64,000 nt of DNA from an uncultured Spirochaetota bacterium. GTDB lineage: Bacteria > Spirochaetota > Spirochaetia > SZUA-6 > Fen-1364. The stretch is from assembly GCA_963734545.1 (NCBI GenBank), contig CAVTHO010000004.1:608001-672000 (forward strand), given 5' to 3'. Shown one piece after another: positions 51,363-60,745 of the stretch (position 1 is its first letter; every line of letters begins with the position of its first letter). The position numbers and the translations under genes are program-made. The notes beneath the pieces were generated by a model, which did not search any database, had not been told where the DNA came from, and saw nothing but the letters and a program-made list of their open reading frames with translations.

Positions 51363-52181
51363 ATGGAGCCGGAGATCGTTTTCGAAGAAGTGTCGTTTCG
51401 TTATCCGGACGGAGACGGCGATATCTTCACCGGGCTGGACCTGGCGCTCCCGCGGGGGATCGTCTCTCTCGTCGGACAGAACGGGACGGGAAAGTCGACG
51501 CTTCTCCTCGTCGCGTCGGGCCGGCTGCTTCCCACTCACGGAAGGGTTCTCATACGCGGCCGGGACACGCGGGATCTTCAGGACGAGGCGGAGAGACAGA
51601 AGCTGGTTTCCTTCATCTACCAGAACATGGAGTTCGATACCGAGGAGCCCATCGGCCGGCTCCTGTCGTTCGTCCACGCGAACGGCCTTCACGCGCCCGG
51701 GCGCCAGGATCCTGCCGCGGAACGAATGCCGCGGATTACCGTGGCGGAGCTTGTCGACGTGTTCGAGCTTTCACCGGTCCTCGGAAGGCGCACCCAGGAA
51801 GTGAGCAAGGGGGAGCTGCAGCGCACGATCCTCGCGTTCAGCCTCCTCTATGGATCGCCCCTCATTGCCATGGACGAGCCGATCTTCGCGCTGGAAAGCC
51901 ATCAGAAACAAAACGCCATGGATTACCTTTCCCTGCGCGCACGGCAGGAGGAAATGAGCCTCTACTATTCCGTGCACGAGCTGGACATCTCCCAGAAATA
52001 TTCGGATTACATCCTGCTGTTCTCCCGGGAAGCGCCGCCGCGCCTGGGCAAGACCTCAGAGATCTTCACCCGGGAGACGATCGAAAAAGCATACGAGGTG
52101 CCGTTCGACATGTTGAAAAAACGGGAAGAGCTCTACCGGAAGTACCTGGTCGAGCTGCTGCGGGTGCGCGGAGAGGGCTAG
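51363..52181 (+). CDS. Stand-alone ABC ATP-binding protein
   Basis: Walker A GQNGTGKST, signature VSKGE, Walker B IAMDEP, H-loop VHE. Confidence 0.88.
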   Translation: MEPEIVFEEVSFRYPDGDGDIFTGLDLALPRGIVSLVGQNGTGKSTLLLVASGRLLPTHGRVLIRGRDTRDLQDEAERQKLVSFIYQNMEFDTEEPIGRLLSFVHANGLHAPGRQDPAAERMPRITVAELVDVFELSPVLGRRTQEVSKGELQRTILAFSLLYGSPLIAMDEPIFALESHQKQNAMDYLSLRARQEEMSLYYSVHELDISQKYSDYILLFSREAPPRLGKTSEIFTRETIEKAYEVPFDMLKKREELYRKYLVELLRVRGEG

Positions 52182-52229
52182 CCCCCCGGGCTGACTCTCC
52201 CGGGTCTGACCCCCCGGTGATAGCCGCTC

Positions 52230-53390
52230 TCACCTCTTGTACGCCCGCAGTACTTTCTTCACAGCCGACACGCACAGCTCCACGTGCCCGCGTTCCCATG
52301 AGGGCGGCAGACCGAGCACCACGGTCATACCCTGCAGGGCTTCCGCGCCTGCGCAGCGCGCCTGCGGGCGCCCCGCGAAGACAGGCTCCTGGTAGGATTC
52401 GGGCCATCGGCCGCCGCAGTCAGGAAGCCCTTCCGCAACGAGCGCGCGGCGAAACTCCTCCGCCCCGCACGTGAGCTTCTCGAGGTCGAGCTGCAGCGGG
52501 TACTTCCAGTATGCATTCCGACGCTCAGGGGTATTGAAAGGGAGCGCCCGCACGCCGTAGAGCTGGGAGAAGGCATGGTCGTATGTCTTTGCAAAGCCGA
52601 CGCGCCGGGGGAGATTCCACGTGTCCAGCCTGTCCAGCTCGCCCAGACCAATGATGGACTGGATCTCGGTCAGCCGGTAGTTGAACCCCACACGCACGTG
52701 CGCCGTGTCCTCGCGGCCATAGTCGCGCAGGGACCGGCAGGACTGCGCGAGCTTTTCGTCGTCCGTCACGACCATGCCGCCCTCGCCCCCGGTGCTGACA
52801 TGCTTGCCCTCCGAGAAGCTGAAGCACCCCGCATCACCGAGCGTCCCCGCTTTCCTCCCGTGAAACTCCCCGCCGACCGATTGCGCGCAATCCTCGACCA
52901 CCGAGAGGCCGCGCCGCCGCGCTACCTCCAGGATACGGTCCATGGCGCACACGATGCCGTACAGGTGCACGACGATGATGGCCCGGGTCCTGTCGGTGAC
53001 AAGCGCCTCCAGCGCGCGCGGATCGATGGTTTGATCGTCCCCCACATCGCAGAAAACCGGTACGGCACCGGCATGCAGCACGGCCAGGGAGGTGGAGACG
53101 AAGGTATGGGAAGGGACTATCACCTCGTCTCCCGGCCGGATGCCGAGGGCCAGGAGCGCCGTGTGGAGGGCGGCCGTGCCGCTGGAGCAGGAGACAGCAT
53201 GCGCGGCCCCGATCCAGGACGCCCACCGGGCTTCGAACTCTTTTCCCCGGGCGCCCGACGAATAGGAAACCCTGCCCGACCGAAGCGGCTCGAGGACGCC
53301 GGTGAGTGTCCTTTCCGCGAATTGCGGCCACGGCGGGAAGGGCTCATGCGCCGTCTTCTCCCCGCCGTACAAGGCAAGCTCTCCGCGCAC
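52230..53390 (-). CDS. DegT/DnrJ/EryC1/StrS PLP aminotransferase
   Basis: Motifs SSGTAALH, VHLYG, EDCAQ, FSFSEGK, GEGG, GFNYR. Confidence 0.92.
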   Translation of the reverse strand: MRGELALYGGEKTAHEPFPPWPQFAERTLTGVLEPLRSGRVSYSSGARGKEFEARWASWIGAAHAVSCSSGTAALHTALLALGIRPGDEVIVPSHTFVSTSLAVLHAGAVPVFCDVGDDQTIDPRALEALVTDRTRAIIVVHLYGIVCAMDRILEVARRRGLSVVEDCAQSVGGEFHGRKAGTLGDAGCFSFSEGKHVSTGGEGGMVVTDDEKLAQSCRSLRDYGREDTAHVRVGFNYRLTEIQSIIGLGELDRLDTWNLPRRVGFAKTYDHAFSQLYGVRALPFNTPERRNAYWKYPLQLDLEKLTCGAEEFRRALVAEGLPDCGGRWPESYQEPVFAGRPQARCAGAEALQGMTVVLGLPPSWERGHVELCVSAVKKVLRAYKR

Positions 53391-53396
53391 GGGGAT

Positions 53397-54161
53397 CTAT
53401 CCGGAGGCTGATCTCCACCACTGGTAGTGCGTCGTCTGCAGCTCCCGTTCCGACGGCATCGGGTAGTAGAGAAGCTCCTTGCCGCTGCCGAGATAGAAGC
53501 CATTCTCGACGAGCCGGTAGGGAAAATCGGTAGGCGCCGCGCGATCCACGGTCTTGGTTCCCTTGTGGGTGTCCTTCTTCACCTCGGTGATGCAGGATCG
53601 CAAGTGCTCGATGTTGGGGTAGGAGAGGTCACGGACACTCCCCGTTTCAGGGTTCTCCGCGAGCTCGCCCAGGCTCAGCTCGGCGAAGAAGATCTTGGGC
53701 ACATGTATGCTCCGCTTCGGGTCCGTCATGAACGCGCAGAACTCCTGCGGATCAAGACGGCTCACAACGCGCGGCGAGACCGGACAGATCTCCTGGTAGA
53801 AGCGGAACGCCTTGGGAAACTTCGGCAGCACCTTTGTCGGGGCGATCTCAAGAACCCTCCCGTCCCGTGTGGCGAGGTAGAGCTTGCCGATGGCGCTCAG
53901 GGGCACGTGCTCAAGCACCCTGTACACGGACAGGTACACCGAGTGCTTCGGCTCCCCGTTCGGGTGCGGCACGCAGCGCGAGTCTATCTCCGACATGGGG
54001 AAATAGTCGCTGGAGAATCCCCGGTCCACGCTGAAGTACTGGGCCTGGCCGTGAGACTTCTTCTCCATGCCGACCGCATAGTACACGCCGAAATCCAGCG
54101 GCGTGAGCATGGATGCGATGAGCGCTTCGGGAATCGTTGAAAGATACAAATGGACTGCCAT
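53397..54161 (-). CDS. Hypothetical protein
   Basis: GGAGGAGAG RBS; coding-like composition; EALIASML.P..FG.YYAVG N-terminus. Confidence 0.75.
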   Translation of the reverse strand: MAVHLYLSTIPEALIASMLTPLDFGVYYAVGMEKKSHGQAQYFSVDRGFSSDYFPMSEIDSRCVPHPNGEPKHSVYLSVYRVLEHVPLSAIGKLYLATRDGRVLEIAPTKVLPKFPKAFRFYQEICPVSPRVVSRLDPQEFCAFMTDPKRSIHVPKIFFAELSLGELAENPETGSVRDLSYPNIEHLRSCITEVKKDTHKGTKTVDRAAPTDFPYRLVENGFYLGSGKELLYYPMPSERELQTTHYQWWRSASG

Positions 54162-54208
54162 ACTCTCCTCCCTTGGGCGATAATACCGCGGCCGTGGCCG
54201 CAAATCAA

Positions 54209-55231
54209 TCACGAGAACTTGTCGTAGAAAATGAGATCGTCATGCAGCCACTGGGCGCGCAGAACGCCGATGCAGGCGTCGATCATGCCGGGGCTCCCGC
54301 ACAGATATGCCTCGTGGTGAAAGAGACTGGGCAGGAGACGGTTCAGCGCGGAGGCGATCCCTCCCCCTTCTCCCTCCCAGCCGTCCCGGGGCCGGGTATT
54401 GGAAAGGACCGGCACAAAGCGAAAGCCCGGAAGGTCCTTTTCCAGCGCCCGCATCTCATCCACATAAAAGAGGTCCCGGGCCGACCGTGCGGCGAAGTAG
54501 TACGTGACTGCCCGCTTGATGTTCTTCTCCGCCATGTCCATGAGCATGCCGCGCAGAGGAGCCATGCCGGACCCGCCGGCGATGAAGAGAATGTCCCGTT
54601 CGCTGTCACGAAGATAGAACTCGCCGAACGGACCGTTGACTGTTACCACATCGTCGGAACTGAGGCGGTCGAATACATACGACGAGCAGACACCGCCGAG
54701 TATCCTTCCGAACACCAGTGTCAGCCTGCCGGAGGACGAGGGGGGCGAGGCGATGGAATACGCGCGGTAGAGGGGCTGTGCATCGCCCTCGGTGCCGGGA
54801 ATCAGGAATTGCACATATTGGCCGGCCTTGAAGGGCATATTGGCCGGAGCGATCAGCTCGAGCGTGACTTCCCGGATATCGGGGGTAAAATCGCGAATGG
54901 AGACGACCCGGCTCGTGTACTGACGCGCGTTCAGGCTCGCTTCCGGAATCTCGATCCGGGTTTCCGGTCCGATCCTGACCTGGCACGCGAGGTGGACTCC
55001 TCTCTGCCGGTCCTTTTCGGGAATCAGGGGAAGCTCTTCAGGCGCATATCCCTCGGCTCCAGAGAGAACCCGGACCTTGCACTGACCGCAGCTTGCCCTG
55101 CCTCCGCAGGCGGAGGGGATGAAAATGCGTTCCGACATCAGGGCGAACAGGAGCGGCCGGCCCAGGTCCGAGATGACAACGCGCGCGCCGTCGTTGACGA
55201 CGATTCTCGCGCGGGCGCCGGGGGGATGCAT
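54209..55231 (-). CDS. 2Fe-2S / FAD / NAD oxidoreductase (NqrF or phenol-hydroxylase-reductase-like)
   Basis: Motifs CGGRASCGQC..LACQ, RAYSIAS, GPFG, AGGSGMAP, YLCG, YDKF. Confidence 0.88.
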   Translation of the reverse strand: MHPPGARARIVVNDGARVVISDLGRPLLFALMSERIFIPSACGGRASCGQCKVRVLSGAEGYAPEELPLIPEKDRQRGVHLACQVRIGPETRIEIPEASLNARQYTSRVVSIRDFTPDIREVTLELIAPANMPFKAGQYVQFLIPGTEGDAQPLYRAYSIASPPSSSGRLTLVFGRILGGVCSSYVFDRLSSDDVVTVNGPFGEFYLRDSERDILFIAGGSGMAPLRGMLMDMAEKNIKRAVTYYFAARSARDLFYVDEMRALEKDLPGFRFVPVLSNTRPRDGWEGEGGGIASALNRLLPSLFHHEAYLCGSPGMIDACIGVLRAQWLHDDLIFYDKFS

Positions 55232-55448
55232 GACACAAGGATATCGGCCCCTCGACGCCTGGTCAACGCAAGCCATTGACCGCGCGGGCGCGGGGGAACG
55301 ACTCACGCGAACCTCTGGAAACGTACAATACCACGGGTTCCTGCACCGCGTCCTGCCGCACGCCGCGGCTCGCTTCCCCGCCACCCTCTCGGCGTGCTAC
55401 GGTTGACCGCGCGTGCACGCGCCATTACACTACCCTGCATACGGAGTC

Positions 55449-55838
55449 ATGGTGGAACACACTGTCATTTCAACCCTTTTGCAGAAGATCTTGCTCGTCC
55501 CCATGGTGGCACTCTGGCTGTTTCACCTTTACCAGAGGCGCTTCAAGGAGGCGGGCACTCGAAAAAGGATTGCCACACTCTCGCTGACCATGGTTCTGAT
55601 CGGCGCGTGGGCAGCCGCCTGGGTATTCTCCCGCTATGGTATCGGCGACACATGGCTGCTCCTGGTTGCCGTCCTCGCCGTGGCCGTGGTAGTCTGGCAG
55701 CGCAAACTCATGCTGCCCTATCGACTCCTCTGCGTCCAATGCCGCGCGCCGCTCACCATCACGCGCATCTTTTCCCTTGACTCGAACAAGTGCGAGGCCT
55801 GCGAGCCCGCAGCAATAGAAGGAGACCGGCACCGATGA
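55449..55838 (+). CDS. Small 3-TM membrane protein with C-terminal CxxC..CxxC zinc ribbon
   Basis: Hydrophobic helices followed by CVQC..CEAC; coupled to the xylA start. Confidence 0.65.
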   Translation: MVEHTVISTLLQKILLVPMVALWLFHLYQRRFKEAGTRKRIATLSLTMVLIGAWAAAWVFSRYGIGDTWLLLVAVLAVAVVVWQRKLMLPYRLLCVQCRAPLTITRIFSLDSNKCEACEPAAIEGDRHR

Positions 55839-57040
55839 AGAACAGAAAACTCTCAATGCCATTCTGGTGCGTCAGCAACCCGGTGGGGGACCCTTTCGGG
55901 CCCGCGGTGATGGACCGCATGACCTCTCTCGAGGTCTGCGATCTGCTCTGCAAAGCGCGCGGGGAGAAGCTGATCGAGCTCACCTCGGCGCACGACGACG
56001 ACCTGGTTGCATGGGACCCCAAGCATCTCGAGGACGACCTGGATCCTTCCAGCCCCGCCTCCAAGACGCTCAAGGCCATAAAGGAAAAACTCGACGCGGC
56101 CGAGCTGAAGGTGGCGATGATCACGTGCAGCCTGCACACGAACCCGCTCTTCCGCAACGGCGGGCTCACCAATCCCAACCCCGAGATCCGACTCCTTGCC
56201 GCGCGCAAGGTCATGCGAACCATTCGGATCGGCAACTACCTCGGCGCCGAGTACATGACGTACTGGGTGGCACGGGACGGCTTCGAGTGCCAGTTCTCCG
56301 TGCCCTGGGAGCGCAATTTCCACTATCTCATCGAGGGCTTGAACCTGGCCGAACGCTACATAAAGGAACAGAACGGAACGATCCGTCATGGAAGCATAGA
56401 GCCCAAGCCCAACGAGCCGCGGGGTGAAATGTACATTCCCACCACCGGCCACGCGCTGGGGATCATTGCCATGCTGAATGACCCCGGCTTCTGGGGAGTG
56501 AACCCCGAGGTCCTTCAACACGAAGGCATGACCAATCTCTCCGCCGAGGTTGCGGTCGCCATGGCCGTGCACGCGCAGAAGATGTTCTTCCTTCACGTCG
56601 GCAACCAGAAGCCCGGCCAGTTCGACAACGACCTGCCCATGCTCACCGGCATGGACGGGCTGAAGGAAATGGTGGCTGTGCTCTGGCTCCTGGACCGCAT
56701 GAACTGGCAGGGACACTGCGAGTTCGACAACCACATCGTGCGCACCGACACGGCGCCGGGCAAGGACAACAGCACGAGGATCCGCATGGACTTCATCCGC
56801 CTGAACGTGGAGAACTTCCGCATGGCGGAGAAAAAGGCGCGTGACCTCGGCGCGGATTCTGAATTGGCGAAGATGATGAGCGCCCTGTGGGACAAGGAGC
56901 CGGGCATGGCCAAGACCCTTGCGCAGGGAGATCCGGCGGAGATGCTGAAGATGAGCGTTGACTACGACAAGGTGAACGGCACGGGGCTGCAGATCTCGAG
57001 ACTCGACCAGATGGTGAACCGGAAAATCTTCGGGATGTAG
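55835..57040 (+). CDS. xylA: Xylose isomerase (short class I-like, divergent)
   Basis: Motifs GDPFG, HDDDL, F.NGGLT, IEPKPNEPRG, GVNPE, FDND; GAAGGAG RBS. Confidence 0.82.
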   Translation: MKNRKLSMPFWCVSNPVGDPFGPAVMDRMTSLEVCDLLCKARGEKLIELTSAHDDDLVAWDPKHLEDDLDPSSPASKTLKAIKEKLDAAELKVAMITCSLHTNPLFRNGGLTNPNPEIRLLAARKVMRTIRIGNYLGAEYMTYWVARDGFECQFSVPWERNFHYLIEGLNLAERYIKEQNGTIRHGSIEPKPNEPRGEMYIPTTGHALGIIAMLNDPGFWGVNPEVLQHEGMTNLSAEVAVAMAVHAQKMFFLHVGNQKPGQFDNDLPMLTGMDGLKEMVAVLWLLDRMNWQGHCEFDNHIVRTDTAPGKDNSTRIRMDFIRLNVENFRMAEKKARDLGADSELAKMMSALWDKEPGMAKTLAQGDPAEMLKMSVDYDKVNGTGLQISRLDQMVNRKIFGM

Positions 57041-57050
57041 GCGCCCCGCA

Positions 57051-57848
57051 ATGCGGCTGCGCAGGATTCCGCGGGACACCGCGGTGCTCTCCACCGCCCT
57101 TCCGCTCAATCTCTCCGGCGGAAAAGTTGGCGCCCTTCTCATTCACGGGTTCACGGGCACCCCGCGCGATCTGGCGGATCTGGGAGGCCGCCTGCAGGGC
57201 AGCGGTCTCACGGTGAGCGTCCCGCGGCTCCCCGGTCACGGCACAAACGGGAGAGATTTCCTCCAGTCCGGCTGGCGCGACTGGCTGCGCGCCGCGGTGG
57301 ACGCGTATGCAGACCTGAGGGCGCGCTGCGAGACCGTTCACGTCGTGGGCTTCTCCATGGGGGGAATCATCGCCGTCCTGCTGGCCGCGCGGTTTCCCGT
57401 GACGCGCCTCGTGCTCCTGGCCCCCGCTCTGCGGACAAAGAATCCTCTGCTGCCGTTCACGCCGTTCATGAGGCTCTTCATCAGGCGCATGCGCTGGCCC
57501 TATGTGCCGCAAGAGGGCCTCACGGACCCTGACTACACCGTCCTCGCAAGGGAATACTGGCAGTGGAGGTACTCCAGCCAGGCCGCGTCACTCCTCCACA
57601 TGAAGCGCATGGCACGGCGCGCGCTCAAGAAAGTGACGGCGGACACCCTCACGATTGTGGGCGATGCGGATGGGAGCGTGCCCGTTTCCGTGATTCCGCT
57701 CATCGAGCGGAGAATCTCGGCCGAAAGAACGCGTCACCTGGTCATCGAGAACGGCGAACACCTCATTTTGGCAGGAGAAGAAGGCGGGCGTGTGGCCGGC
57801 GAGGTGGTTCGGTGGCTGACCGTCAGCCCGCAAGATCAGGACGTATAA
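57051..57848 (+). CDS. Carboxylesterase / monoacylglycerol lipase-like alpha/beta hydrolase
   Basis: Motifs LIHGFTG, LPGHG, GFSMGG, with downstream Asp and His. Confidence 0.88.
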   Translation: MRLRRIPRDTAVLSTALPLNLSGGKVGALLIHGFTGTPRDLADLGGRLQGSGLTVSVPRLPGHGTNGRDFLQSGWRDWLRAAVDAYADLRARCETVHVVGFSMGGIIAVLLAARFPVTRLVLLAPALRTKNPLLPFTPFMRLFIRRMRWPYVPQEGLTDPDYTVLAREYWQWRYSSQAASLLHMKRMARRALKKVTADTLTIVGDADGSVPVSVIPLIERRISAERTRHLVIENGEHLILAGEEGGRVAGEVVRWLTVSPQDQDV

Positions 57849-58824
57849 GAACTTTCAAGACCGCTTCCTTCCCCTCCTCGATCAGCTCGATTCCCCGCCG
57901 AAAGCCGGAGAGGGGAAGCTCATGGGAGACAAGCGATGAAACGTCGATCTTCCCGGTCTCCAGAAGCCGCACCGCCTGGATCGAGTTCCGCACCGACGTA
58001 TAGGAGGAGAGGATCGTGAGACCCTTGCGGAAAATCGTGAACGCGTCGAACGAGACTTTGCTCGTGCGCGGGGGCACGCCGAAGAGCAGGACCCGGCCCC
58101 CGCTGCGCACGAACGCAAGCGTCTTCTCCATCACGGCGGGCACCCCGGTGGCATCCACGACGACATCGTAGCCGTCCTCCGGGAGTGCGTCGAAGGACGA
58201 GGCCGTCTGGACGGCGCCCGACGCGCGTGCAAGCTCGAGCCGGGCAGGATTCTTGTCCACCGAGGTGATGGAGCTCGCTCCCTCCAGAAGGATCGCCTTC
58301 AGCAGCAGGATGCCGATCGGGCCCGCGCCGAGGATCAGCACCCGGTCCGCGAGGGAGAACCCCGTTCGCTGTACGCCGTGAAGCACGCAGGAGAGCGGCT
58401 CCACAAAGGCGCCGGCGGCGAAGGGAAGCGCTCCGATGTTGAATGCAGCCTTCTCGGGAGCTGCCACGAACTGCGCCATACCTCCCGGCAGGGTCACGCC
58501 GACCCCGTTCCACTTCTCACAGAAGTTCTGGCGGTTGGACAGGCAGGCGGGACAGTTGTCGCAGGAGATGTTCGGCTCCACGGCAACGTGGTCTCCCACC
58601 TTGAATCGCGTCACCCGCGCACCAACGGCCGTGATGATGCCGGAGAACTCGTGTCCGGGGATGACCGGGTAGGTGCCGAGGTATTCGCCGCGGAATATGT
58701 GGATGTCGGTGCCGCAGATGCCGCTCGCCCTTACCTCGATCAACACTTCGTCATCCGCCGCGACAGGCAGGGGGACCTCCCGCACGGCGATCTCACCCGG
58801 CTTCTCGATGAATGCTGCCTTCAC
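57823..58824 (-). CDS. Zn-dependent alcohol (polyol) dehydrogenase
   Basis: Motifs GICGTD, GHEFSG, CDNCPAC..C, GAGPIG. Confidence 0.92.
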   Translation of the reverse strand: MKAAFIEKPGEIAVREVPLPVAADDEVLIEVRASGICGTDIHIFRGEYLGTYPVIPGHEFSGIITAVGARVTRFKVGDHVAVEPNISCDNCPACLSNRQNFCEKWNGVGVTLPGGMAQFVAAPEKAAFNIGALPFAAGAFVEPLSCVLHGVQRTGFSLADRVLILGAGPIGILLLKAILLEGASSITSVDKNPARLELARASGAVQTASSFDALPEDGYDVVVDATGVPAVMEKTLAFVRSGGRVLLFGVPPRTSKVSFDAFTIFRKGLTILSSYTSVRNSIQAVRLLETGKIDVSSLVSHELPLSGFRRGIELIEEGKEAVLKVLIRPDLAG

Positions 58825-58828
58825 GGAA

Positions 58829-59722
58829 TCATCCTTTCACAGCGCCCTGGGTGAGGCCTTTGACGAGCGATTTCTGCGTCATCCATCCCACCACGATGGC
58901 GGGCAGGATGGCGATCGTGGAAGATGCGGAAAGCTGGGCGACGAACATCCCCTGCTGCTCGCGGAATCGCGCCATGTACACCGGCAGGGTCGCCGTGGTG
59001 TTCGATGTCAGGTTAAAGCCCAGGAAGAACTCGTTCCATATGAACACCGCCACGAGCAGCCCCGCCGAGATGATCCCGGTCCGTACGAGCGGCATCGCTA
59101 CGAACACGAGCTGCTGGAAACGGGTGCACCCGTCCAAGCCGGACGCCTCGATGATTTCGACAGGGACGTCCGTGAAGAAGGAATGCACCATCCACACGAC
59201 AATCGGCACGTGGAAGCCGACGTACGCAATCAGGAGCCCTATCGGGGTCTTGTTCAGGTTGAATGCCTGGTACCATGTATACAGGGGAATAAGGACGGCG
59301 ACGGGCGGCAGGAGGATCGTGGTAATGAACCACGCGTGTATCTTGTCGTGGGTATCCTTCTTGCGGAATTTGCCGAACACCAGCACGAACGCCGCGGGAA
59401 CGCCCAGGGCCAGGCAGATCATGGTGGCGACGATGACCTGGAACAGGGAGTTCCTCAGGTATCCGTACATGCTTGAATCGCTCAGGACCTTCTGGAAGGT
59501 TTCAAGAGTGGGGGTGAAAATGAGCCCTGGATTGACCGCCTGGTATTCCGTCTTGAACCCCGAAATGAACATGTAAAGGATCGGGGACACGTAAATGATC
59601 GCCACGGCGTAGATCAGGATCGACAGCGCGGCGATCCGCACATTTCTCCTGAATCTGGCGGATCGTCCCCATCCCGGCCGCGGGTGTGCTGGATTCTTGC
59701 GCGAACTTGCGCAGTTCGTCAT
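58829..59722 (-). CDS. Carbohydrate ABC transporter permease (MalG-like)
   Basis: EAA-type loop EIIEASGLDG, WNEF, six TM helices. Confidence 0.92.
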   Translation of the reverse strand: MTNCASSRKNPAHPRPGWGRSARFRRNVRIAALSILIYAVAIIYVSPILYMFISGFKTEYQAVNPGLIFTPTLETFQKVLSDSSMYGYLRNSLFQVIVATMICLALGVPAAFVLVFGKFRKKDTHDKIHAWFITTILLPPVAVLIPLYTWYQAFNLNKTPIGLLIAYVGFHVPIVVWMVHSFFTDVPVEIIEASGLDGCTRFQQLVFVAMPLVRTGIISAGLLVAVFIWNEFFLGFNLTSNTTATLPVYMARFREQQGMFVAQLSASSTIAILPAIVVGWMTQKSLVKGLTQGAVKG

Positions 59723-59736
59723 GGTCCCTCCCTCCC

Positions 59737-60639
59737 TCACGCCTCGGCTGCCCTGCGCCGCTTCAAAGACCGGTAAAGGATATTGACCGCGAGCAGCGTG
59801 AGGACGACCGTGAAAACGGCGAGGGCTCCCGCCCTCCCGACGTTGGATGCATTGAAGATTTGCATGTACACCGCGTAGGGCAGCGTGTAGGAACGTGTGC
59901 CGGGGCCGCCGGCGGTCGTCACGAGGATGAGACCGAATTCCTTCACCACAAAGACCAGGCCGAGCATCACTGCGACACGCATGTGGTTGGTAATCAGGGG
60001 CAGCTTGACCAGAAATGTGGACTGCAGCCAGTTCGTCCCGTCGATGCGCATGGCGTCATTGAGGTCCACCGGGATGCCCTGCAGGCCGGCCAGGATCACC
60101 AGGACGAAAAAGGGCATCCACTGCCACCAGAACAGGAGAACGATCACGAAAATAGGATGGTAGCTCAACAGGTCCACCGAATTGAGCCCGAGAGCTTTCA
60201 TGGCTACGCCGTACCAGCCGAAGGTCGTGTTGAAGATCGTCGATTTCCAGATGACCCCGCTCGCGGTGGACATCACGAAAAAGGGGCCCAGCATGAGGGT
60301 CCGTGCGATGTTCACGCCGGGCACGGGGTTGTCCAGAAGAATGGACACCATGAATCCCGTCACGACGCACAGGAGGAGCGTCAGGCCCGTGATGAGAATC
60401 GTCTGCCATACAATTGCGTAGAACTCGGGAATCGCTGGAAAACGGGGGACCCTGAGAAAGAAAAGGTAGTTGTCGAAGCCGACAAACTTGACCGGCAGGT
60501 CCGGCCGCGCGAGGTTCCACCTCAGGGTCGAATAGATGACCGTGAGAACGAATGGAACCTGCGTCATGATCGCGACCACGAGGATTGCCGGCAGGACAAA
60601 CGTCAGATCGTGCTTCTTCTTCGTCAACGTCACCGTCAC
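59737..60639 (-). CDS. Carbohydrate ABC transporter permease (MalF-like)
   Basis: WQWMPF, LAGLQ..DAMRIDG, T.GGPG. Confidence 0.92.
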   Translation of the reverse strand: MTVTLTKKKHDLTFVLPAILVVAIMTQVPFVLTVIYSTLRWNLARPDLPVKFVGFDNYLFFLRVPRFPAIPEFYAIVWQTILITGLTLLLCVVTGFMVSILLDNPVPGVNIARTLMLGPFFVMSTASGVIWKSTIFNTTFGWYGVAMKALGLNSVDLLSYHPIFVIVLLFWWQWMPFFVLVILAGLQGIPVDLNDAMRIDGTNWLQSTFLVKLPLITNHMRVAVMLGLVFVVKEFGLILVTTAGGPGTRSYTLPYAVYMQIFNASNVGRAGALAVFTVVLTLLAVNILYRSLKRRRAAEA

Positions 60640-60682
60640 ACCCTCTCGCTTCTGAGTTTCGCGGGACTGCGGAGATGGAGAG

Positions 60683-60718
60683 GCCTGTCAGCATCCCCGG
60701 GCGGGGATGGTGACAGGC
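60683..60718. terminator. Stem-loop after the solute-binding protein gene (stabiliser or partial terminator)
   Basis: gcctgtcagcatcccc-gggc-ggggatggtgacaggc inverted repeat. Confidence 0.6.
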
Positions 60719-60745
60719 AATGAAACACTTGAGAGGAAGTCGTCC

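Noticed and set aside
52181-52229. cccggg/ctgac repeats between convergent genes
   Set aside because: Short, imperfect and GC-rich; at most a weak terminator.
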